Positions 16,135 to 24,971 of a stretch of 64,000 bases of DNA are shown here, piece by piece. Source of the DNA: a virus (lineage: Duplodnaviria; Caudoviricetes); IMG/VR virus record IMGVR_UViG_3300033072_001141, positions 1 to 64,000 of that record, one strand, 5' to 3'. Both the position numbers and the translations under genes were made by a program. The notes beneath the pieces are model-generated. The model saw only the letters and a list, made by a program, of their open reading frames with translations. It had not been told where the DNA came from and did not search any database. How positions within the stretch are numbered: position 1 is the stretch's first letter; the number at the start of each line of letters is the position of its first letter.

Positions 16135-17924
16135 GACGCTCTCCGATTGCGCTCCTCGGCCACGACGACCTGGAGGTTCTTGCCGATCTTCGAGATCTTG
16201 CCACGGATGCCGCGGTGGCGGAGCCACTTCTCGAAGTCGGCCTCATCCATGTCGTCGGTCGAGACCGTGAAGATCTCGACCGTCGGGTCCATGTAGTCGC
16301 GCGAGTGGCGAACCGGACCCTGGCTTCGCTCGGACAGCGTCTCGACCGACTCGGTCTTGGCGCTGACGAAGTCGGGGTGGTCCTCGAACTTCGACCTCAC
16401 GTCCGCGGGAGGCTCCATCTCCTTCCACATCCTGCGGTCCTGAGCCGAGATGCTCTTCTTCACCGGCTTGGGGAAGCGACCGCTGTCCTTCATGAAGGAC
16501 TGGAGACCCGAGAGGCCGCCGTTCTTCTGGTCCTCCAGCGGGTAGAACCAGCCACGGTTGGTGGGGCCGCCGTCGTAGTAGAGGTAGGTGCCGAGCTTGA
16601 ACGTCTTGAGGTGCGCGAACTTCTTGGCGTTCGCCTCCGCAGAGGCCCGAAGCGCAGCCACGTCCACCGGGACAACGCCCTCCTCGATGGACTCGGTCCG
16701 GTACTTCCGGACCAGCGCCGGCAGCTCGGCGTCGGTCGCGTCCGGGACCTCGCGCTTGAGCTTGATCGCCCCGTTGACGGTCATCATCACGCGACCGCGG
16801 AAGCCGGCGTTCTTCATGCCGGGCCAGAAGACCTCGGCGACGCCGCTCCCACCACCGGTCGCCTTCGGTCCGCCCTTCACGACGATGGCCACCTTCGTCC
16901 CGTCGGCGGTCGCGACGTTCCACGAGGTCACCGGCTCGTCGCCGACGGTGGATGCGTGCATCGACCCACCAGGAACGTCGAACGACTTCGCTCGCTCCGA
17001 GGCCCCCTTCGCGATGTTCTCCGCGAGGCTCTCGCTCTTGAAGCCCCACCGCGTGGCGAGCTGGACGAGCTTCTCGTCCGGGATCTCGTCCATGTAGACG
17101 CCGGTGTAGGACTTGACCCCGAGGACCTGCGCCCAGGTCCCGGCCGGCAGCGTCAGCATCCTGCCGCCCTTCTTCATCTTGGCGTCGGGCGGGAGCTTGG
17201 CGTAGACGAACCGCTCCATGGCGGTTCGGACCTTGGGGGAGAGCGCCTCCGCCTCTTCCGAGACGCCGCCGCCGCCCTTCATCATGAGGTTGCCGAGCCC
17301 GTAGAAGGCGTCGTACTTCTCGGCCGCCGACTGCTGCTTCTCCAGGTAGTCCGTGTCGCCGCCGGGGAACTGCACCCACCCGTTCTGGATGAGCCACTTC
17401 GCGACCTTGACCCAGACCGCACCACTGCCGGACGAGGGCGCCGGGTACGGCGGGTGGATGCCGACCGACGTGCCCTTGACCGTCTTGTGCTGCTTGACGC
17501 TGTAGCCCTTGCCGCCGACCTCACGAACGAAGTCGCGCAGCGCCTTGACCTCGTCCTCGGTCGGGCTGCGCATCGTCGCGCGCTCTTCCTCGACGGCCTG
17601 CGGGTACCCCGGGTCGCTCTTCGGGAGCGGGTCGCCGCGGAGGTTCTTGGACTGGAGGATCCAGTTGAGCGTGTCGTCGTCGAGGTCGTCGAGCACGGCC
17701 GAGACCGCGCGTCCGCGCTGATCGAAGAAGACCACCGCGGTCCTGCCGTCGATGAGCTGGACCTTGTGCCTCTCGGGGGTCGCGCGATCGATGAAGTCGA
17801 TCAGCTCCGCCCTGGACTTGTCGTCGAACGAGGTCTCGCTCGGGCGCGGCGGATCGAACTCGGGTCGGCGGATGGCACCGTCCGCGTTCTGCTGCTCGAC
17901 CAGGCGCATCATCGCCGAGTACAT
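16131..17924 (-). CDS. Putative capsid-internal polyprotein (about six modules)
   Basis: AAGGAGAGGTGA RBS; recurring ES-x-x-E linkers. Confidence 0.75.
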   Translation of the reverse strand: MYSAMMRLVEQQNADGAIRRPEFDPPRPSETSFDDKSRAELIDFIDRATPERHKVQLIDGRTAVVFFDQRGRAVSAVLDDLDDDTLNWILQSKNLRGDPLPKSDPGYPQAVEEERATMRSPTEDEVKALRDFVREVGGKGYSVKQHKTVKGTSVGIHPPYPAPSSGSGAVWVKVAKWLIQNGWVQFPGGDTDYLEKQQSAAEKYDAFYGLGNLMMKGGGGVSEEAEALSPKVRTAMERFVYAKLPPDAKMKKGGRMLTLPAGTWAQVLGVKSYTGVYMDEIPDEKLVQLATRWGFKSESLAENIAKGASERAKSFDVPGGSMHASTVGDEPVTSWNVATADGTKVAIVVKGGPKATGGGSGVAEVFWPGMKNAGFRGRVMMTVNGAIKLKREVPDATDAELPALVRKYRTESIEEGVVPVDVAALRASAEANAKKFAHLKTFKLGTYLYYDGGPTNRGWFYPLEDQKNGGLSGLQSFMKDSGRFPKPVKKSISAQDRRMWKEMEPPADVRSKFEDHPDFVSAKTESVETLSERSQGPVRHSRDYMDPTVEIFTVSTDDMDEADFEKWLRHRGIRGKISKIGKNLQVVVAEERNRRAS

Positions 17925-17926
17925 AC

Positions 17927-18442
17927 TCACCTCTCCTTCGACTCGTGGGCACGCATCCACGCTGCGATGCGGACGTGTTCTTCTGGCGTTCCGTTGCTCT
18001 TGAGCGTGTTGGCGCGACCACTGATCACCGCGATGTTGCCGCACACATAGCCCAGCGACGGCTCAATCCTATCGAGCGTGGGCGAATGGTCACGGCGTCC
18101 CTTACCACGACCCTGCTCCAGCTTGATTCCGAGCACCGGACAGAACTCCGGAACGAAGATGTCATCGACCGAGATCTCGAACGGAACGCCCTTCCGCTTT
18201 GCCCTGGCACGAGCCGACAGCCAAAGCTGTCTTGCTCTCGTCCTGTGAAGCCACTCGCGGCGCCACGCGGTGTACTTCTCGTGGTTTTTCTCTCTGTACT
18301 TGGCGTGCGCTCGCGATCTGCACGCCTTGCACTGGTGGCCGCGTGCCCTCCTCTCGCTCTCCGGCTTGCTCTGCTGGCAGGTCGAGCAAACGAACGTCTG
18401 CTCTTCCGCCGGCTGAACAAGACGAAGATGCGAATCGAACAT
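17927..18442 (-). mobile_element. Free-standing HNH-type endonuclease
   Basis: CSTC..CKAC; FCPVLGI...SPTLDRIEPSLGYVCGNIAVISGRANTLK. Confidence 0.88.
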
Positions 18443-18450
18443 GACCGTCC

Positions 18451-19188
18451 TCACTTCGCGCGGCGCGCGGGCTTCTTGGGGGCTCGACCGTCGCCGCTCT
18501 TGATCTCGCCGTCGTCGGCGAAGACCCGGAACGTCCCTGACCGCTGCCCGTTGTTCACGTCCGGCGGTGCCGAGTTCGGGCTGGTCGATCCTCCGCGCTG
18601 GGACGAGGTCCTCACGGCGAAGTCGATCCCGAAGCGTTCACTCATGGCGCGCGCGGGGACCGGCACGCGGCCCTCACGAAGAGAGCGGATGAGCGATCCC
18701 AGCTCGGGAACCGCCCTGTTCGCCGCCGCCGCCTCCAGCCTGCTGACCCAGCCGCGCCACTCCGTCCACTGCTCGTCGGTGGACTCGAACGCCGGCACGA
18801 CGATGCGGTGCTGAACGAAGCTCTGGAGAAGGTCGATGAGCTTGTCGGTGGCGGGCCCGCGCCTCCAGCGCCCCGCCTCCTTGACCGCCCTGCCCGCCAC
18901 CTCCGCGAGCCGCGACACCCACCGGAGCCAGTCCACCTCCGGGTCGGAGGTGGCCGTGTCGCGCTCCATGAGCGCCGAGAGCCGCACGAACGTCCTCGAC
19001 TCGCCCTTCTGGCCGGCCGCCACGATCTCCTTCGCGGACATCTTCCGGTCGTCGTCTGGAACGCCGCACGCACGCTTGAGCGTGCTGAGCGCGATGGCGA
19101 TAGCCTGCTTCTGCGGCCTCCCGGCCTTCATCTCAGTAGAGATGTTGCGGCTAACAGCGCTGGCTACGCACGACTTGTCAAGCGGCAC
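18451..19188 (-). CDS. Putative head-associated protein
   Basis: SRNISTEMKAGRPQKQAIAIALS motif; internal WVSRL repeat. Confidence 0.7.
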   Translation of the reverse strand: MPLDKSCVASAVSRNISTEMKAGRPQKQAIAIALSTLKRACGVPDDDRKMSAKEIVAAGQKGESRTFVRLSALMERDTATSDPEVDWLRWVSRLAEVAGRAVKEAGRWRRGPATDKLIDLLQSFVQHRIVVPAFESTDEQWTEWRGWVSRLEAAAANRAVPELGSLIRSLREGRVPVPARAMSERFGIDFAVRTSSQRGGSTSPNSAPPDVNNGQRSGTFRVFADDGEIKSGDGRAPKKPARRAK

Positions 19189-19795
19189 GGCGGACCTCCC
19201 CCTTCTGGTTCAGTTCACGGATGTTGGCGATGATCTTCGTCCGTGCTTCAAACTTCTCTTGCCCGATCGGGCCGCCGTTCGCCGCGATGTCGTCGAACTC
19301 GACCACCAGTTCGGCCTGCCTCTTCTTGACCACGAGCATTGAAGCGACCGCATCGAGCAGCCGACGCGCCTGCGCCGACGTGACGGTCCACTGCCAACTT
19401 GTCTTCCACTTCTCGTGGGTCTTCTTCTTGCGACAGACGTGACCACCGATCTTCCGCTTGAGCCACTCGACGAGGGGATAGCTGGTGTTGGTGACGGTCA
19501 CGCGGAGCTGCGCTTTGGCTGCGTTGCCCCAAGTGAACCCAACGCATCCCTCTCCGTCGATGATGCCGGCGATGTAACCGCGCTCCGCGTCCGAAAGGAC
19601 CAGCGGTCCAAGCCTGCGCCGCTGAGCGTTCACCCGCGGAACGCCAGCCTCCTTGAGAGCCGCAGACACCGTCGCGTCACCCACTCGCTGATCCTTGGCG
19701 ATCTTTCGGATCGACCACCCGGCGCGGTAAAGATCCACGATCCGACCACGCCGGTCGTTGGCCATGTGCTCAATGGCGCTCTTATCCAGCGGCAC
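19178..19795 (-). mobile_element. Free-standing LAGLIDADG endonuclease with N-terminal HTH
   Basis: YIAGIIDGEG; flanked by a 21/26 imperfect direct repeat. Confidence 0.9.
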
Positions 19796-20027
19796 GTCGA
19801 GCCTCCTGACGGAGCTTGGCCATGTACTCCTTGACCTGGTCGGATCCGTTGCGCTCGATGTAGTCGCTGACCGCCCGCGAGAGGATGTCGCCGGGCTCGC
19901 ACTTCTCATCGACCGCCTGGAGCCCGAGCACGTCCCAGACGGAACGCGAGATGAGCATCATCATGGCGTCTCCGCCACGTGTCACCTCGCGTTCGAGGGG
20001 GGTCTCGACTGGTTGGGCCTTCGCCAC
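19782..20027 (-). CDS. Hypothetical protein, leaderless
   Basis: TAGATT at 20035-20040, 7 nt before GTG. Confidence 0.65.
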   Translation of the reverse strand: MAKAQPVETPLEREVTRGGDAMMMLISRSVWDVLGLQAVDEKCEPGDILSRAVSDYIERNGSDQVKEYMAKLRQEARRAAG

Positions 20028-20068
20028 GCACCCGAATCTACCGGATGCCCGGCGCCCGGTCTACGCGA

Positions 20069-20848
20069 TCAGCGGTAGCCGCCCTGGGGGATGCGCGGCC
20101 TCAGGTAGGAGGGTAGGACCCTCGACCCGCGCATGTTCTTGCGGTCGTGGAACCGAACCCGGTTCCCGAACTGCACGACCTCCGCGAACTCCAGGCTGAC
20201 CTCCAGGATGCGGGGCACGCCGTTCGGGAACCACGCCTCGTAGGTCACGTCGCACTGGGTCATGACGCACACGACGTAGTCGGATCCGTCGTGCCCGAGC
20301 CTGGTGTTCGGGAGGACCAGGATGGCCTTGGGAGGCTCGTAGGCCCGAAGGTCCGCGCCGTCGCCGTACGACGGGTAGGTGAAGTACCGGAGCCAGTTCA
20401 CGGCCGACCGGATGTCCATGTCCCTGGTGCCCTTCTGGATGGCCGTCAGGAGGGACACGTCGGCGTACGGGTCGTCACGCCCCGAGGTCTCGTCGGGGGG
20501 TGCCGTGTCGGTCGTGAAGACCGCCTGGAAGGAGATCCGGCGCTCGCCGCCGTGGGTCCACTGGTAGATGGGATGCGACCCGCCAGGGATCGACCTCGGG
20601 TTCCACTCGGCGCCCCGGCTGTCCGTCAGGCTCTCGGGCCAGTATTGCAGCGCCAGGTAGGTGTTCCTGGCCGTCTCGAACGAGTCGAACGTCGAGAGGT
20701 CACCTGTCGGCGCGTCGGCGAAGTCGTTTGCCCACGGCACCGTCTCGCCCGGGGCCGTGTCCATCGCTCCGATGAGCGCCTGAGCCAGGCGCGTCTCGTG
20801 CTGGACGTTGAGCGCCTGGGTGATGATGTTCTGCGGGACGGCGACCAC
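20069..20848 (-). CDS. Baseplate/tube-initiator protein (CIS-tube / P2 gpU-like)
   Basis: LQYWPESL..S...W...IPG.SHPIYQW..GGER.ISF. Confidence 0.75.
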   Translation of the reverse strand: MVAVPQNIITQALNVQHETRLAQALIGAMDTAPGETVPWANDFADAPTGDLSTFDSFETARNTYLALQYWPESLTDSRGAEWNPRSIPGGSHPIYQWTHGGERRISFQAVFTTDTAPPDETSGRDDPYADVSLLTAIQKGTRDMDIRSAVNWLRYFTYPSYGDGADLRAYEPPKAILVLPNTRLGHDGSDYVVCVMTQCDVTYEAWFPNGVPRILEVSLEFAEVVQFGNRVRFHDRKNMRGSRVLPSYLRPRIPQGGYR

Positions 20849-20851
20849 GGA

Positions 20852-21043
20852 TCACTCCGTGATGAGTCCGCCGCGGATCGCGAGCTGGCGGAGCAGCTCG
20901 TCCTTCTCGGCCTTGTTCATCGACTCGAACGTCTTCCCGCCCGAAGAGGGCGCGGGGGCGATCCGCTCGTTCATCCTGTCCGTCGCCGCGTCGGCCTGGG
21001 GGTCGATGCCGCGGACTGGGCGCGCAGACTTGGCCATGGTCAC
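20852..21043 (-). CDS. Small tail-associated protein
   Basis: Coupled to the upstream gene. Confidence 0.55.
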   Translation of the reverse strand: MTMAKSARPVRGIDPQADAATDRMNERIAPAPSSGGKTFESMNKAEKDELLRQLAIRGGLITE

Positions 21044-21411
21044 TCCTCCTGCTTCTGCTTCTTCCGCCTGTTGATGATGAGCGTGACCTCGCTCCCGCGC
21101 ACGGAAACCTGCGCCAGCACGAAGTGCCGCCGGAAGGTGCCGATGACGATGCCTCCGATGGGCATGTGACCTGGCTTCACGTGGTCGGCGAGGACCTCGA
21201 CCGCGTTGGTCTCCGTGTTCTGCGCCAGGTAGACGAGATGGTCCCCTTCGGCGGAGCAGTCCACTTCGTAGTCGTCGTCGAGGCCGAGGTCGCGCCCGTC
21301 GGCGATGAAGGAGCCCTTCTTCACGGAGAGAACGGACCCGTTCATGGACACGTCCATGTCCACTTCGAGTCCGGTCAACGCCGGAAGCACGCTTTCCACG
21401 ATCTGCATCAC
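21040..21411 (-). CDS. Putative tail-fibre accessory protein
   Basis: Directly downstream of the fibre gene. Confidence 0.55.
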   Translation of the reverse strand: MMQIVESVLPALTGLEVDMDVSMNGSVLSVKKGSFIADGRDLGLDDDYEVDCSAEGDHLVYLAQNTETNAVEVLADHVKPGHMPIGGIVIGTFRRHFVLAQVSVRGSEVTLIINRRKKQKQEE

Positions 21412-21420
21412 GCGCTCCGA

Positions 21421-23580
21421 TCAGGTCTGAGTCCCGAACAGGATGAAGTTGAACGTCGCCATGCGGCCGGCCACATCGACGGCGAGGCCCGTCGCGGTGT
21501 CGAACATGGCGAAGTAGTGGGCCGTCGGCGACACCTGGACGTACGCGAAGGAGTACCCGAGCGTGTTGGTCGAAGCGAACCCGACCGCGTCATCGATCCC
21601 CACTCCGGTGGTGACCACGATGATGTGGCTGCCGCCCGCGAGCTGCCTCACCTGGGCGAAGTTGTAGCCGCCGACCACCGTCATGAGCGTCGGGAACGCC
21701 ACGCCGGTGTTGGACTTGCCCCACGACTTGCAGATGTTCTTGGCGTAGAGCGTGTTCTTCGCCGTCGTCGAAGTGGGGCTCGGGTTCGACTCGGTCGTGG
21801 ACGGTCTGTAGAAGTGCAGCGAGCCGTTCTCCAGGAGCATCTTCCCGGCGCCCACCTCGTATCCGCCGGGCGAGAACGGCACGCCGCCGATGCCGGCTCC
21901 GCCGAGCATCATGTTCGCGTAGTCCCACCCACGCGGAGAGTCCACGGGGATCGACGTGAGCTGGTCGAGCCAGCCCGCCGCGACGGAGCTGATCATGTTC
22001 ATCTCGAACACGCCGAAGATCGTGTTGCAGAAGGAGAACTTCTGGGCCTTCTGCGCGGCTCCGCTGGTGTTGTCCGCGTACCAGAGCGCGTCCGCGACAT
22101 CCCACCTCGCGTTGATCGTGAACTCGAACCCGATGGCGGTTCCGGCGGAGGTGATGTCCTCGAACCTCGTGAGGTAGAGGCGGCACCTCTCCGTGATGCC
22201 GCTCAGCGTGCCCTCGTAGATGAGGACGCGTCGATCGCCGGTCGTGTCGCCCATGACCAGACGGGGGATCTCCGACTGGTCGGTCCCGGTGAACCCAGAG
22301 AACTCGATCTGACCGTTCAGCAGCACGTCGCGCCAGAGACCCTGGCCGCGCATGAGGCGGAACACCTGCTCGATGACCGGAGGCCCCGCGAGCTGCGACG
22401 CCTTCACCATGAGCGCGGTTCGCTGGAGGAACTCGGCCATGGTCGTCGGCGCGTTGCTGTCGAACCCACCGCCGGGGTTCAGCGCGAGGCTGTCGAACGC
22501 CTGGGTGTCGCCCAGGTGAGCCTGCTCGAACACGTCGTCGATCGGGTGGATGCCCTCCACCCAGCACTTCACGTCGTCGAAGTAGATGGACCCCGCCGCC
22601 AGCGACGCGCCGTTGTTGTTGATGCCGACGTGCGGGCGCATCCAGACCGCGCCGGTGGGCACCTCGACCACACCGTCCACGAGCGTGTACGCGAACGACC
22701 CCGACAGCGTGTTGTCCTCGATCCACACCGTGGAGAGGAGGGTCATGTCGTTGTCGTAGAACAGCAGGGCCATGCCCTGGTGACCGCCCACCGCGATGCC
22801 TGGCCACGCGTTGCCGCGCATCCTCAGGCGCCCGCGCACGTACATGCCCGCGGAGACGCGCACGCGACGGTCGTGGATCAGCAGCCGGTTGTTGACCACG
22901 CCTGGGGCCGGCTGTTCGAGCTGGAACTCGCGGGTCCCCTCGTACGGGGCCGTCGTCGAGATGCGGTAGTTCGGCGTGCCGAACCCCGTGCCGGTCCACC
23001 CCTCGATCCCGAAGAACGACGAGAAGCCGGCAGCGAACGCGCGCTCGAATCCGCCGTTCTTGATGATCTGGTGCCAGGAGTCCGGAGCACGATCGTCCCA
23101 CGCCATCCGACGCGCGGTCGGCGTGATGTTCGCCGCCGGGATCGGACCGACGCCAGGGACGACGACGCGCCCGAGGATGACGACGAACGGCGCCTCGGCC
23201 ACCGGGGCCGTGAACAGCTCGGCCTGCGTGTAGGCGCGCCAGTTCACGACGGTGGTCGAGCCGATCGTGTAGCCGACGAAGAGGCAGATGTAGACCGTCT
23301 GGCCAGCCAGCGCGGCGAGGTCGAGCGAGACGATGCCGTCCTGCCTGACGGTGAACTGGAGGTCGTTCACGTCCTGGTAGGAGTAGATTGAGTCGCCCTC
23401 GACCGAGTCGGGGACGATGTTGATGCCGAACCCGGCGCCGGTCGTCTGGAGCTTGCCGCCCCGAACGACGCCCGAGCCGACGAGGCCGAAGAGCTTCTTG
23501 TTCAAGCCCTGCGAGACGTAGGGCTCCTTGAATCGCACCTGCGCGATGGAGTCCCCGGGGTTGTCGAGCGTCGTCGGCAT
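21421..23580 (-). CDS. Tail fibre / receptor-binding protein with CBM-like domain
   Basis: 719 aa, Gly/aromatic rich, IIKNGGFE motif, follows the baseplate genes. Confidence 0.75.
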   Translation of the reverse strand: MPTTLDNPGDSIAQVRFKEPYVSQGLNKKLFGLVGSGVVRGGKLQTTGAGFGINIVPDSVEGDSIYSYQDVNDLQFTVRQDGIVSLDLAALAGQTVYICLFVGYTIGSTTVVNWRAYTQAELFTAPVAEAPFVVILGRVVVPGVGPIPAANITPTARRMAWDDRAPDSWHQIIKNGGFERAFAAGFSSFFGIEGWTGTGFGTPNYRISTTAPYEGTREFQLEQPAPGVVNNRLLIHDRRVRVSAGMYVRGRLRMRGNAWPGIAVGGHQGMALLFYDNDMTLLSTVWIEDNTLSGSFAYTLVDGVVEVPTGAVWMRPHVGINNNGASLAAGSIYFDDVKCWVEGIHPIDDVFEQAHLGDTQAFDSLALNPGGGFDSNAPTTMAEFLQRTALMVKASQLAGPPVIEQVFRLMRGQGLWRDVLLNGQIEFSGFTGTDQSEIPRLVMGDTTGDRRVLIYEGTLSGITERCRLYLTRFEDITSAGTAIGFEFTINARWDVADALWYADNTSGAAQKAQKFSFCNTIFGVFEMNMISSVAAGWLDQLTSIPVDSPRGWDYANMMLGGAGIGGVPFSPGGYEVGAGKMLLENGSLHFYRPSTTESNPSPTSTTAKNTLYAKNICKSWGKSNTGVAFPTLMTVVGGYNFAQVRQLAGGSHIIVVTTGVGIDDAVGFASTNTLGYSFAYVQVSPTAHYFAMFDTATGLAVDVAGRMATFNFILFGTQT

Positions 23581-23592
23581 CTGCTTCTCCTA

Positions 23593-24210
23593 CTACCTCG
23601 GCGGCGAGAATACCGCATCCTTTGGATCCCACCCAGCCTTGAGCCGCGAGTGGATGGTGACCGCCTTCACGCCGGAGACCTCCGACCAGCCGGCCACGCA
23701 CTTCGCGACCCCGTCGATGGTCAACATGACGTTCGACCGCCGGTTCCGCTGTTGCTGGCGCCACGTCTCCCACCGAACGTTGCCAGGTTCGTAGCCCTTG
23801 TCGTTGTCGATCCTGCCGACCGAAAACCCACTCCCTGGACGCCGACCAATGTGCTCCAGGAACAGCGTGAAGCCGCCCTCGCCAATCCATTCAGCGCACA
23901 CGCCGATCCCACGATCGTGGTAGTCGGCGCGATCACGGTGCCCCGGCTTCGTGCGAGCCAGCATCGCCTGCCAGGCTGCGTACTCCGCTGACCGTCTGTC
24001 CTTCGAGCTTCCTCCAGACTCTCCGTGTCCCACCGACTTGCATCTGGTGCATGAAACCCTCTGCGGAAGCTCGTACGACCGCATCATCTTCTCGGTGCCA
24101 CAGTCGCATCGGCAGAGTTGACGTGTGACGCCGCTGGATCCATCGGGAAGTGACACCACCGTCCACTTCCCAAACCGCGCTCCGACCGGATGCACAACCC
24201 TGTGTCGCAT
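23593..24210 (-). mobile_element. Free-standing HNH-type endonuclease (RCDCG family)
   Basis: RFGKWTVV, CRCDCG, SVGRIDNDKGYEPGNVRW. Confidence 0.9.
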
Positions 24211-24245
24211 CCAGGCGTTGTAACTCAGTCAGAACGATAGCACAA

Positions 24246-24950
24246 CTAGAAGACAATCTGGATTATGTGATTGAGCTGGACGGCGCCCGTCTTCGTCTCC
24301 AGATCGAACGTGATGTAGGCGACCATCACGCCGTTCGAGTCGAACAGACCCAGCTCGAAGAACTCGGGAGGGTTGCCGAGCTGATCGAGGTTCGCCTCGG
24401 CCGCGAGCACGATGGCGTCGATCTCCGTGATCGCCGGCAGCGACGAGAACAGGGTCACGTCGGCGGCGAGGAGCGTCTTGCGGAAGGTGAAGAGGGGCTC
24501 ATCCGCCTTCCTCACCGATCGGCCCGCCAGCGTCGCACCGCCGTACCCGGCCGTCAGAGTGACCTGGAGGTTGTTGTCCACCGTGAGGATCTGACCCCAG
24601 GTGTCCACCTCCGTGCCGGGAGTCCCGGCCGACCCGGGGGACACGCTCGGAGTGGGCCCTGGCTTGATCCAGTCGCCGACCGCGAGGTCCGCGATGAACG
24701 ACGTGCCCACCCCGGTCACGATCGGTGAGCCGTTCGTGAACGTCGCCGTGCCTCCGCCGGCCAGCTCCGCTCCTTCGGATTCGAGGTCCACGCGCGTCGC
24801 GGCGGGAGCGACGGGCTGCTTCGGAGGGACATCGACGAAGCCGCCCTCGCCGATCTTGAAGAAAGTGATCTCGGCCTGCGTGTCGCCGCGGGCGAAGACG
24901 CGCGCGAGGACGGTTCGCCAGACGTTGGGGATGATGCCCTGGACCGCCAC
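24246..24950 (-). CDS. Tail-collar / fibre-attachment protein (DUF3751-like)
   Basis: ITFFKIGEGG...ELGLFDSNGVMVAYITF. Confidence 0.75.
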   Translation of the reverse strand: MAVQGIIPNVWRTVLARVFARGDTQAEITFFKIGEGGFVDVPPKQPVAPAATRVDLESEGAELAGGGTATFTNGSPIVTGVGTSFIADLAVGDWIKPGPTPSVSPGSAGTPGTEVDTWGQILTVDNNLQVTLTAGYGGATLAGRSVRKADEPLFTFRKTLLAADVTLFSSLPAITEIDAIVLAAEANLDQLGNPPEFFELGLFDSNGVMVAYITFDLETKTGAVQLNHIIQIVF

Positions 24951-24971
24951 TTCTTCTGCTCCTGCTCCTGC

